A DNA stretch of 64,000 nucleotides from a virus (Duplodnaviria; Heunggongvirae; Uroviricota; Caudoviricetes), in the IMG/VR virus record IMGVR_UViG_3300026549_000001, positions 58,569 through 122,568 of that record; one strand, written 5' to 3'. Below are positions 47,838-56,889 of the stretch, in pieces. Under the pieces are notes generated by a model. The model did no database searches. It saw nothing but the letters and a program-made list of their open reading frames with translations, and was not told the origin of the DNA. The position numbers and the translations under genes were made by a program. Within the stretch, counting starts at the first letter, position 1; the number at the start of each line of letters is the position of its first letter.

Positions 47838-48842
47838 TTAAATCATTTTTGTAATAATATAAGTTGTACCGTTTTGTTCTATTTTTAGATATGCACTATT
47901 GTTATATATAAAACCATCGCCTGTTTGAATCAGGTAGGTTACATAGGCATTACAACCAATAGCATTATCTGAATTATACATTTCAAATGTTACTATTTGT
48001 TGAAATTTTGCATCTATATTTTTAGAGAAACCTCTTGGCATAATAAAATCCTGTGAGGTGTCAACTTTATCATATAAATCCCTTAATGTTTTTTCTACTT
48101 TTATTTGTACTGCGTTTAAAGTTGCTTCATCAACTTTTGCACCATTAAAAGTAAATGCGGGGTTTTTCACAACCTTATCTGTATTAGTTTCTGCTAATGA
48201 GAAAATACTTAAATCTCCAACAGGCGCATAACCAACAGATATATTTTCTCCCCTGTCATTTTTATTATAATGCTGTTCAACAGGAAGATAAAATCTCCAT
48301 CGGTTTGTAGATACTTCCCCTGGAAGAATTTCCCGTGTGACTGCATCTTTAGTGTCATATTTCTTTGTTTCTATATCAATAGAAAAATATACTCTTGCTA
48401 ATGTTCTGCTTAAAACTTTAACATCATCAATAACAAGACTGTCTAATTTGCCTTTTACATATTCAAGTCCGTTTTCTCTGTCAGATGTATTATAACTAAC
48501 CTTTTGACTAAACAAACTATCAAAATTATCTCTTAAAAATCCTGTTAATCCTGTTTCGGGGAAAATAACAACAGACTGTCCTACAACATCCTGAACATCA
48601 GGAATTTGCAATGATTTTTTGAAAAAGGTATTATATGTGCCGAATATCAGCAAAGCCAATATAATGACCGCTGATACTCCAAGCACAATATATCTGTTTC
48701 TTTTTTCCTTTGCGGCGAACTGCTGTAGTTGTTTTTGTTGTTCTTGCTGTAATTTAAGAGCTTCTTGCTCTCTTTGTCTCATAAATTGAGCTTCTTCTTT
48801 TTCCAAGTCCTCTCGACTTTTGCCTATTACAAATCGTGGCAT
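47838..48842 (-). CDS. TcpC/VirB8-like conjugal transfer protein
   Basis: bitopic: cytoplasmic coil, one TM, beta-rich extracellular region ending YLKIEQNGTTYIITKM. Confidence 0.55.
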   Translation of the reverse strand: MPRFVIGKSREDLEKEEAQFMRQREQEALKLQQEQQKQLQQFAAKEKRNRYIVLGVSAVIILALLIFGTYNTFFKKSLQIPDVQDVVGQSVVIFPETGLTGFLRDNFDSLFSQKVSYNTSDRENGLEYVKGKLDSLVIDDVKVLSRTLARVYFSIDIETKKYDTKDAVTREILPGEVSTNRWRFYLPVEQHYNKNDRGENISVGYAPVGDLSIFSLAETNTDKVVKNPAFTFNGAKVDEATLNAVQIKVEKTLRDLYDKVDTSQDFIMPRGFSKNIDAKFQQIVTFEMYNSDNAIGCNAYVTYLIQTGDGFIYNNSAYLKIEQNGTTYIITKMI

Positions 48843-48845
48843 TGA

Positions 48846-50159
48846 TTATCCTCCTAAAACAGAATAATGACTGCAAGCATACGCATAATGATTATTTAAC
48901 CATTTTTCGGATAGATTAGCAACAACTACTTTTCCTTTACCGCTTGATGCGTGAATTATTTGATTATTACCAATATATATACCTATATGTTGGATTCTAC
49001 TTCTGCCATCATTATAAAAGAATACCAAATCACCACGACTTAATTTGCTTCTATCACTAAAGTAATTCCACCCGCTCATGTGGGCATAACTATTCGCATT
49101 GGTTCTTGTATAATTTAATCCAATAGATTTCATACAATAATATACAAAACCAGAACAGTCAAAGGAATTTGCTCCCTGCGCTCCCCACACATAAGGTTTC
49201 CCTAACTGCGCCATTGCTACACTCAAAAATCGTTCTACGATATTTGAAGAAGAAACGGGAACAGGGGTTTCATTTGAAGTTTCCTTTGGGGTGGGTTTAG
49301 GTGTAGCCGTTATATTAGGAGTAGGTTTCGGTGTAGGTGTAGGAGTTGGATAATTACCTAATGTTATATATTTTTTATAAACATAGCCCATATTACCATT
49401 AAGTATTACCTTATACCAAGCCGTGTTTTCTCCTATGATTTGTACTTCTTTAGAATATCCTATTTCTCGTATATATGTATCTTCATCAATGATAGGCTCA
49501 TTACGAAAATTAACAGCATTAATATTAACATAGCCTATTAAATCTCTATCCTCAAATGGGTCTGGGTAATCACAATAATATGCGTTTATTGTGTCATACT
49601 CATCAATTAAAGCAGACACCTTTGTTTTTAAATTATACCAATTTTGGGTAGAAACTATTGTGGTATACAGTATGTTATTATTGGTATTTTCTTCAGAAGG
49701 ATGAACAAAATACACATCAGTTACATTATCGTTTTCGCCAACTAATAAAACCAATTTATCTTGATTAGCCATATTCTGTACTGGTACAGAATTTAGAATG
49801 GACTCTTTAGGAAAAACATCAATTAGTTCATAGCTTTCAAATGTGTCAAATGGGAAAAATATACTATTGATAGGCTTTTCAAATGGCTTTATTCTTGGTG
49901 CATAATATACTAATGGGATTCTTGTCCAACTTTCTTGTATACCTTCTTTAAAGGTTTCAATGCTTTCTATTTCTTCAAACCCGAAGGTTTTTAGTGTGTC
50001 ATTTAAAAAGATAAGTTGAGCATCTTCCTGATAATACTCATCTTGCTCAATGGTCTCCTGTGTAAGAGTTCCATCTATTTTATAACCTTCCGCATAGGCT
50101 ATCGTTCCCATTGATAATATAACTATGAGAAATAGTATAAATATAGTTAGTTTTCTCAA
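48846..50159 (-). CDS. secreted SH3b plus NlpC/P60 peptidoglycan endopeptidase
   Basis: AVNFRNEP...WYKV...GYV; GKPYVWGA...FDCSG...HIGIY...IHAS. Confidence 0.92.
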   Translation of the reverse strand: MRKLTIFILFLIVILSMGTIAYAEGYKIDGTLTQETIEQDEYYQEDAQLIFLNDTLKTFGFEEIESIETFKEGIQESWTRIPLVYYAPRIKPFEKPINSIFFPFDTFESYELIDVFPKESILNSVPVQNMANQDKLVLLVGENDNVTDVYFVHPSEENTNNNILYTTIVSTQNWYNLKTKVSALIDEYDTINAYYCDYPDPFEDRDLIGYVNINAVNFRNEPIIDEDTYIREIGYSKEVQIIGENTAWYKVILNGNMGYVYKKYITLGNYPTPTPTPKPTPNITATPKPTPKETSNETPVPVSSSNIVERFLSVAMAQLGKPYVWGAQGANSFDCSGFVYYCMKSIGLNYTRTNANSYAHMSGWNYFSDRSKLSRGDLVFFYNDGRSRIQHIGIYIGNNQIIHASSGKGKVVVANLSEKWLNNHYAYACSHYSVLGG

Positions 50160-50184
50160 AACATTACCTCCATTAAAAAATAAA

Positions 50185-50225
50185 GGGATAGACTTTTTTA
50201 CGCGAATTTTTTATTTGTCTATCCC
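50185..50225 (-). terminator. hairpin after the metallophosphoesterase gene
   Basis: GGGATAGAC/GTCTATCCC stem with minus-strand T-run. Confidence 0.55.
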
Positions 50226-50234
50226 CCACATTCC

Positions 50235-51335
50235 TTACATAGTCTCCAATATATTTTGAAGAATTCTGTTTGTATTTATTGTATCTTGCTGAACACGACC
50301 GTAGTCATCATAAAAGATAATGGTTGCTTCGGTATGACTTCCATCGTATGCTTTTTGATAAGTCCAATTGTCTTGTGCGGGGCAAGCAGACTTTAACACT
50401 TCAAGTCTTACCCCTCGTTCCGAAGATACTAAATTTTTATGTAAATGCCCCGAAATTATTTCAATATTAGTAGATTGACTTATCTTACTTACAGCTTTCG
50501 GTTCAACAAAGGGTATATCCATTACGCGATTACCTTCTTCTGAACCGTGTGTAAAAATTATTAAATTGCTACCATATTCAACAATCTTTCTTATAGTAGG
50601 AGCATCATTAATTGTAACATTATCTACGCCAATGAACCTACCTTGTAGCCAAGTAGTAATCATATATCCTATCTGTTCATCGTGATTTCCCGCAACATAA
50701 TGATACTCTACTGGTGCAAGTTGTGATAATTCTCTGATGGCGTATTCTAACAACCCGTATGCTGTATGGAAACACTTTCGCCAACTAACATCATTTGTTT
50801 GAGGTGTTCCGTGTGTTGTCAAACCATTCGCTTCGGAATTAATAAAATCTCCCGCTGTATTAATAATTATTTTATCAATATGATATGGGCTACATCTAAT
50901 TCGCATTTTAGCTTGGTCTATAATGCGATGAAATACCTCTGTTGCAATTTGTATATTATAGTCCTGTCCATAAGTTTCTTCACCTTGAATATATCTATTA
51001 AGGTGAAAGTCAGCTATATTGACAACAGCCATAGCGTTACTAATACAAGACACTTTCTTTGTTTTCTGTGTAGGAACTTGAATAGGTTCTTTTACAGGAA
51101 GTCGTTCTAACTTAATCGGCTTTACTCCTGTTTTAATGCTGTCAATAACATCTGCAAGAGTAAAGTCTTTATTGATTACCCAAGCAATAGTTACATTTTT
51201 ACTACTACGATTTATTGTAGTTACTGTTGCTTTTTCTCCATCTTTTTCTATCAATTCCCATATTTCATGTTCTAATGATAATGGACGGGTTTCGGAGCGT
51301 GTAATTTTGTTAGGGTTTGTATTTACCCACGGCAT
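50235..51335 (-). CDS. calcineurin-like metallophosphoesterase
   Basis: ADFH, GDFIN, GNHD, THG, GHLH. Confidence 0.85.
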   Translation of the reverse strand: MPWVNTNPNKITRSETRPLSLEHEIWELIEKDGEKATVTTINRSSKNVTIAWVINKDFTLADVIDSIKTGVKPIKLERLPVKEPIQVPTQKTKKVSCISNAMAVVNIADFHLNRYIQGEETYGQDYNIQIATEVFHRIIDQAKMRIRCSPYHIDKIIINTAGDFINSEANGLTTHGTPQTNDVSWRKCFHTAYGLLEYAIRELSQLAPVEYHYVAGNHDEQIGYMITTWLQGRFIGVDNVTINDAPTIRKIVEYGSNLIIFTHGSEEGNRVMDIPFVEPKAVSKISQSTNIEIISGHLHKNLVSSERGVRLEVLKSACPAQDNWTYQKAYDGSHTEATIIFYDDYGRVQQDTINTNRILQNILETM

Positions 51336-51361
51336 ATTTACTAATTTCCCTTCTATTTATA

Positions 51362-52120
51362 TTAAAATTGTATGTCTTGTTTATATCCCGAAATGTTGTA
51401 TATGTCAACCAAGTTCGGGTCAAATTCTACCCACTGGTTGTTCAGTAAACAAGCACACCAAGCGTGATAATTATTGCGTTCGTTATATCCAAAAATTAAT
51501 TTACACGGAATATGATTGTATCGTAACATGGCACATACAAAAGATGCTTTATTGAAACATACGCCTTTTTTATTATACCACACTTCATATAGGTTTGTAA
51601 AGACTGTTGAAGGCATTTTATCATCTTGTTTTATATTTTTTCTTGCAAGCGTTGATGCTTTCAGTATATATTCCTCTATATTGTCTGTATATAATCCATT
51701 GGCTAAATTGACAATAAGTTGACTTTCCTTAAAATCAACTAAACTGTTTGACAATAGAAAAACATCATTTGTTAATCCTTCGACAGTAATAGGATATTCT
51801 GCAATGATTGAATAATCTTTTGAGTACACCCTAAATATATACTCTCCATCTAAATATGATAAAGGGAGAGTGTATAACTCATAATATTCTTTTGTAGTGA
51901 AACCATAAATGCTTTTATTTTGATATACATATTCTATTATTGCATTAGGTGGAGCATAAATACTCACATAACCCACATCTTTTTGACTATCATCTATAAA
52001 AACATTTTGACTTTCTATAAATTTCATTGTATATGTATTTTCATAAGATGGTGAAGTTGAACACCCTACAAATAAAATCGCTATGAATACATATAGTAAA
52101 CATTTTATTATTTTAACCAT
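51362..52120 (-). CDS. lipoprotein with transglutaminase-like domain
   Basis: FVGC lipobox; GVCFNKA...HAW...FDP. Confidence 0.8.
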   Translation of the reverse strand: MVKIIKCLLYVFIAILFVGCSTSPSYENTYTMKFIESQNVFIDDSQKDVGYVSIYAPPNAIIEYVYQNKSIYGFTTKEYYELYTLPLSYLDGEYIFRVYSKDYSIIAEYPITVEGLTNDVFLLSNSLVDFKESQLIVNLANGLYTDNIEEYILKASTLARKNIKQDDKMPSTVFTNLYEVWYNKKGVCFNKASFVCAMLRYNHIPCKLIFGYNERNNYHAWCACLLNNQWVEFDPNLVDIYNISGYKQDIQF

Positions 52121-52695
52121 TTATCGTGTAATATGTCTGCTGTTGATTTCCCATACCAATCATATTCAGGTAATATCAATATTGTATTATCCTCTGTAAT
52201 TGCAAATCGTCCTTGTTTTACAGCCATTGCCACAGAATTTTGTTTTCGTGAAGATTTACCTTTTTCATAGTAATCCATCCACACACCCTTTTTAGATAGA
52301 GATGTGCCGCTTCTCTTAAATAATTCCTCGGCTAATGCTTCTTCCGTTAATTTATCTTCTTTCGGTTTTACAGGTTGTTGTACTTCTGTAATTTTAGGAG
52401 TGTTTTGTATTACGGGAGGTGTTTGAACTATTGGTTGTTGTATTACAGGTTGCTGCATAGGTTTTGGTGTAGGTTGTTGAATTGGTTGTTCTATAGGAAC
52501 ATAGTTCAGTCTAAATGGTATTTTAGGCTTTGGTTTTTCTGTAGGAGGAATATTATTGTTGCTTAATGCAACTTCAACTTCAACAGGCGAATCTTCGGGT
52601 GGAATGATTGTGAATGTTTCTTTTATTGATGGGCTATGAATTACCTCGGATTCATCCACTTCTGTTAGCTTTTTTAAAAAGTTCTCTAACGCCAT
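52108..52695 (-). CDS. hypothetical protein, Pro/Gln-rich
   Basis: AGGAGG RBS. Confidence 0.6.
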   Translation of the reverse strand: MALENFLKKLTEVDESEVIHSPSIKETFTIIPPEDSPVEVEVALSNNNIPPTEKPKPKIPFRLNYVPIEQPIQQPTPKPMQQPVIQQPIVQTPPVIQNTPKITEVQQPVKPKEDKLTEEALAEELFKRSGTSLSKKGVWMDYYEKGKSSRKQNSVAMAVKQGRFAITEDNTILILPEYDWYGKSTADILHDKWLK

Positions 52696-52717
52696 TTTTT
52701 ATTCCTCCTTCCCGTTA

Positions 52718-53077
52718 TTATTCTGTTATATCAATAATCTTTTGCGAAACAAAATATTGAATATCCACACATAAAGTTGCTAACTCGTTTTTATGTTTAC
52801 GCCAATAATAGTTATCTCTATTTTTTACAAGATAGAATTCTGTATCAATATCACAGATTTCTTCGCCTGTATTATCTAATAATACTACACTTTGTTCATT
52901 TTCTTTAATATATACGCAATCCCCCATTAGTCCTACCATTGAGGAATCACCTTTTTCGATGGGTAATGTTTGAAGTAAATCAAGCAGATATTCCGCTAAT
53001 CCATCATCATTTGCACTACCCACCATTTCATCATACATTGTATTATAATCCGTCATATTTCCCTTCCTTATTTTCAA
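52718..53077 (-). CDS. hypothetical protein
   Basis: 119-aa ORF; weakly like 53082..53462. Confidence 0.55.
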   Translation of the reverse strand: MKIRKGNMTDYNTMYDEMVGSANDDGLAEYLLDLLQTLPIEKGDSSMVGLMGDCVYIKENEQSVVLLDNTGEEICDIDTEFYLVKNRDNYYWRKHKNELATLCVDIQYFVSQKIIDITE

Positions 53078-53081
53078 TGAA

Positions 53082-53462
53082 TTATACTCTTGCCAATGCT
53101 ATTGTTAATAATTCACGACATTCTGCAACTTTGGAATATTGCTTGTATAAGTAATTTAAATTGTATTCATCTTTCCAATATTCCATTGTTTGATTATTTA
53201 TAAGTTCACCATCGGGAGATACCGATAGTACAATATCTCCCGAACTTTCTAATATGGAAAAATTCTTTTGTTCTTTTTTCCAATTCGTATTAGTTATTAA
53301 TAAACTACCTTCAGGCATTTCATCTAAAATACTATTTAGGTCTATGTTAGTAGCATCGGCTACCTCTATATACCTGTTAGGTAATTCATTCATAGTTTCA
53401 ACTATCAATTCTGTTAGGAGCTTTCTTTTAATAGCAAGCTCTAATGTAGCTATAGAAACCAT
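53082..53462 (-). CDS. hypothetical protein
   Basis: 126-aa ORF, AAGGAG RBS. Confidence 0.55.
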   Translation of the reverse strand: MVSIATLELAIKRKLLTELIVETMNELPNRYIEVADATNIDLNSILDEMPEGSLLITNTNWKKEQKNFSILESSGDIVLSVSPDGELINNQTMEYWKDEYNLNYLYKQYSKVAECRELLTIALARV

Positions 53463-53490
53463 TTGTTAGCTCCTTTTTATTTTAATTTAA

Positions 53491-53826
53491 TTAATCGAGC
53501 GGAATCATATTAAGTCCCTGGTCTATTACTCCGTTTACTGCGCCGCTAAACTTGTTGGCGAAAGACAGCACATCGGTTTGTACCAAAACAATCAGCACAA
53601 TGCAAACCAATAGGAACAATACTTTTCCTACAATCTTCGCAATAGAGCCTTGTCCTTTGGAGTACGCTATACCATCCTTGACTAATCCATAGATTAAGAA
53701 GCAAGCGATTACAGCCGCACCGATTGTACCCGCCAATTTAACAATCTTCTGGGTGCTGTCAGCGGCGGCATCCATAGGAATAAGGGAATTAAGGGTTAAG
53801 AATAAAGAATTTGCAAACATTCTCAT
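53491..53826 (-). CDS. VirB2/pilin-like small membrane protein
   Basis: leader plus two hydrophobic helices separated by a short Gly/Lys loop; conjugation context. Confidence 0.5.
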   Translation of the reverse strand: MRMFANSLFLTLNSLIPMDAAADSTQKIVKLAGTIGAAVIACFLIYGLVKDGIAYSKGQGSIAKIVGKVLFLLVCIVLIVLVQTDVLSFANKFSGAVNGVIDQGLNMIPLD

Positions 53827-53833
53827 AATCTCC

Positions 53834-54361
53834 TTATAATTTGTTAATAATATATTCTATAATTGTAGCAGTTTGCTCCTCTGAAAATGCTCCAAAAGTA
53901 GGGCAAAGAGAAGCAACTTCATTCATATACATTTTTGCCAATGTAGCAATAATTGATTCAAATGGGTTAGAATCAATAGTTGAAATATTCTTTTTAGAAG
54001 GTCGTCCTGGGGACTTCTTCTTTTCTTTTACAACAGGTTCAGGTGTATATGTTTCTTCCACGGACAATTCTTCGGGTTGAGTGTCTATGTCAGTCATCTG
54101 TTCAGTATATTGTTCATTCACAATTTCTTCTGCAAGAGGTACATCTTCTTGTACTTCCACAGGTCTTTGTGGTTCTGGTAATTCAACCTTTTCAATGGTT
54201 GGGGGAGTAGTCCTTAAAGTGTTAAATTTATTAAAAAACGCGGCTTGCGCTTCCCCAGACATTTCACCGAATACAGCGGTATTAGAATTATCACCATTAA
54301 AATTCTCCGCTGTGGTGTCTTGGGGTGTTCTTTTAAGTCTATCCAAAGCTGTTTCTATCAT
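53834..54361 (-). CDS. hypothetical protein
   Basis: acidic linker, KKSPGRPSKK AT-hook-like motif. Confidence 0.55.
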   Translation of the reverse strand: MIETALDRLKRTPQDTTAENFNGDNSNTAVFGEMSGEAQAAFFNKFNTLRTTPPTIEKVELPEPQRPVEVQEDVPLAEEIVNEQYTEQMTDIDTQPEELSVEETYTPEPVVKEKKKSPGRPSKKNISTIDSNPFESIIATLAKMYMNEVASLCPTFGAFSEEQTATIIEYIINKL

Positions 54362-54381
54362 GCTAAATATTTCCTTTCAAC

Positions 54382-55050
54382 TCAAATATTTTCGATGTCA
54401 GAAAAATCAAAAGTTGTAGGGCTACTGTCAGCAGATACATCTTCTGATTGTGTGTCTGTGTTAGGCGATTCTTCTTTTTTAACTGAAATAATATCGTCAA
54501 AAGAATCATCACTAATTTGTTCTTCAAACACAGGGTTTATATTAGCTGTAGGCTCAAAAGATATGGAGTTGTTTTCCTCTCCACTATTATCGTCCTGTTG
54601 TCCTGTTTCGTCTGTTAGAACATCAGGGGAAGGGTTATCTTCTTCCTCATTATTAAATAGGTCAAAATTAGGAGAATGTGGAATTTCTCTAAATCTGTTC
54701 AACATATTTTCATTTTGAGCCTGTGTGGTATCTGGAACACGCATAACTGCCATTTGAGTTTTCAATTTAATATATTCAGAATTTATTTTATTCTTTTCCT
54801 CAACAGCATCCGAAGCGCGTTTCCCTAATATTTTGTTTTCATGGGACAGTCTGTTTATATCTTGTATTAAATCAGACAGTACCCTATCAACATCTTCAGG
54901 GAAATATCCATTTGGTGCTGATATTCTGATACCATATTTTTTAGCAATATCAGATAATTCACACCCTTGTTTCTTTTTACCCTTAACAGCAGAATTTATA
55001 GATTGTTCTTCTGCTTGTGGAGTAGGTTTCTTTTTACCGAAAATACCCAT
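54382..55050 (-). CDS. DivIVA-domain protein
   Basis: NGYFPEDVDRVL followed by coiled coil and acidic tail. Confidence 0.65.
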   Translation of the reverse strand: MGIFGKKKPTPQAEEQSINSAVKGKKKQGCELSDIAKKYGIRISAPNGYFPEDVDRVLSDLIQDINRLSHENKILGKRASDAVEEKNKINSEYIKLKTQMAVMRVPDTTQAQNENMLNRFREIPHSPNFDLFNNEEEDNPSPDVLTDETGQQDDNSGEENNSISFEPTANINPVFEEQISDDSFDDIISVKKEESPNTDTQSEDVSADSSPTTFDFSDIENI

Positions 55051-55053
55051 AAA

Positions 55054-55404
55054 TTAATTCCCTTCTTCTACTAACACATATTGTTGTGTAGTTTTGTCAT
55101 ACCGAACAGGTTTAATTGTGTGTATTTTTAAAACCTTATTGAATACATTTTTTCCTGATGTGGCTCTATACATTTCAGAATCCAACTTACCAATTAGGCG
55201 AACTACCCTTCCAGGTTGTAATAATTCTACAACTGAATTAGTCATTTCGCCATCATAGATAACTTTCATAGCTGTATAGCGGTCACGAGTTTCACCGCTT
55301 GGAAGTTGAAATGTTCCCGAACAAAATGATACATTAAATGTAGCTATTTCATTTAAAACGGTGACATCAGGCTTTATTTTCGCATCTACCGTACAATTAT
55401 TCAT
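55054..55404 (-). CDS. single-stranded DNA-binding (OB-fold)-like protein
   Basis: LQPGRVVRLIGKLDSEMY...GKNV pattern. Confidence 0.55.
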   Translation of the reverse strand: MNNCTVDAKIKPDVTVLNEIATFNVSFCSGTFQLPSGETRDRYTAMKVIYDGEMTNSVVELLQPGRVVRLIGKLDSEMYRATSGKNVFNKVLKIHTIKPVRYDKTTQQYVLVEEGN

Positions 55405-55422
55405 AATATTCCTTTCATATTG

Positions 55423-56826
55423 TTAAGACTCCAAAAAATCTGTAATGCGTTCAAGATGTTTACAGACAAATGAGTATTCCATTATGGCTTCCCACCTGTT
55501 AAGCCATTGGCACTCATTTACTAATGAGTCAATATTACCAAACCCCGCAATAATTTGTGCGCGAGGTTCAAGGAACTCTTTAATTAGAGATTTTATCGAC
55601 TCTTTAGCCTGTTCAGCATTTTGATATTGTAACCATGCGTTTATATCTTTATTGCCGTACTTGTCTACAAAATCAGCTTCAGTTTTCTTACCTTTCGGGT
55701 CAACACGAGTGATAACTACTCTTGTTCTGTCTAATATATGCTCGGATGGATAATATACAGGTTTACCCTCTACATCAACAATTTTACCCGCAAAAGTATC
55801 TAATTGTCGTGTAACAGAACCAATAGAGCTTGGAGTAGTATTGGTAATGATTATAATTCTATCAGCAATTCTATATAAATTGCCAATAGGTGCTTTTCCG
55901 ATATAGTCAATTCCCGCATCGAAAAATACCACATCGTAATTATCTATTAGCAGTTCCATCATCTTTTCCCAAAAATCAGAATCGTCAACAAAACTTGCAA
56001 TTTCTACATTATTAGGAGCAAGATAACAGTCAATGTTGGCACTAAAGGCATCCGCTTTTACATTACAAGTAGATAAATTTCTGAAAGTAATGTCCTCTAA
56101 TTTACCCGCCTTTTTATACATCTTATATTGATTATAAAATTGAGTAATTGTAGGACTTGACTTGCCAATGCTGTATTGCATCTGTCCATCTGTCAAATCA
56201 AAATCAACAATGGCTATTTTATAGTTGGGGTGTTTCAATCCAAACCAATATGCCGTTGCTAAACAAGTAAATGTTTTACCCGTACCACCTTTAGATGAGC
56301 CAAACACAATGACTTTTGCAGGCATATCAAAATGCTTTTGATTATTGAATGGATTTAATAGAGCCTTTGCCTTATCTTTGTTAAATCCACCTGTTACCCC
56401 TTGTATATCTGATACTGCATCATAATCTGGTTTAGTTTCATTTATAGGGGGTTGGGGTGGTTGTGATATTTGTGGAGCTAATGGTTGTGGCTCTGGTTTA
56501 GGTGCTTCTACTTGCGGAACTTCTTTTACTATTTTTTCCTCACCGTAAACAACTACATCAGGGATATAGTCTATGGTATTTGGAAAATTCGCAAATCTAT
56601 AAAAAACAATAGGAATGTCAGACTCAACCCCCATCAACGAATCATATAAGTCCGTTGACATTATATCAGCGTTGAACATTAGTTGGTCTGCAAAAATCCC
56701 CTCATTTGAAGCCTTTTGCATAAATTCATCAACAGACCAAACCTCACACTCATGTTCCCTTAAAGGTTCAGGTATTTGTTGGTCTTTGCTTATTAATATA
56801 ATGTGCATAGCACTACATTCCTCCAA
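55423..56826 (-). CDS. ParA/MinD/CpaE-family ATPase
   Basis: deviant Walker A KGGTGKT, IVDFD, YDVVFFDAG. Confidence 0.85.
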   Translation of the reverse strand: MEECSAMHIILISKDQQIPEPLREHECEVWSVDEFMQKASNEGIFADQLMFNADIMSTDLYDSLMGVESDIPIVFYRFANFPNTIDYIPDVVVYGEEKIVKEVPQVEAPKPEPQPLAPQISQPPQPPINETKPDYDAVSDIQGVTGGFNKDKAKALLNPFNNQKHFDMPAKVIVFGSSKGGTGKTFTCLATAYWFGLKHPNYKIAIVDFDLTDGQMQYSIGKSSPTITQFYNQYKMYKKAGKLEDITFRNLSTCNVKADAFSANIDCYLAPNNVEIASFVDDSDFWEKMMELLIDNYDVVFFDAGIDYIGKAPIGNLYRIADRIIIITNTTPSSIGSVTRQLDTFAGKIVDVEGKPVYYPSEHILDRTRVVITRVDPKGKKTEADFVDKYGNKDINAWLQYQNAEQAKESIKSLIKEFLEPRAQIIAGFGNIDSLVNECQWLNRWEAIMEYSFVCKHLERITDFLES

Positions 56827-56839
56827 TATTAAATTTTAG

Positions 56840-56870
56840 AAGGGGAATAATGTGGTGGAGTATTCCCCTT
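56840..56870. terminator. 10-bp hairpin
   Basis: AAGGGGAATA-11 nt-TATTCCCCTT. Confidence 0.55.
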
Positions 56871-56889
56871 TCTCTTATTATTAAATAGA

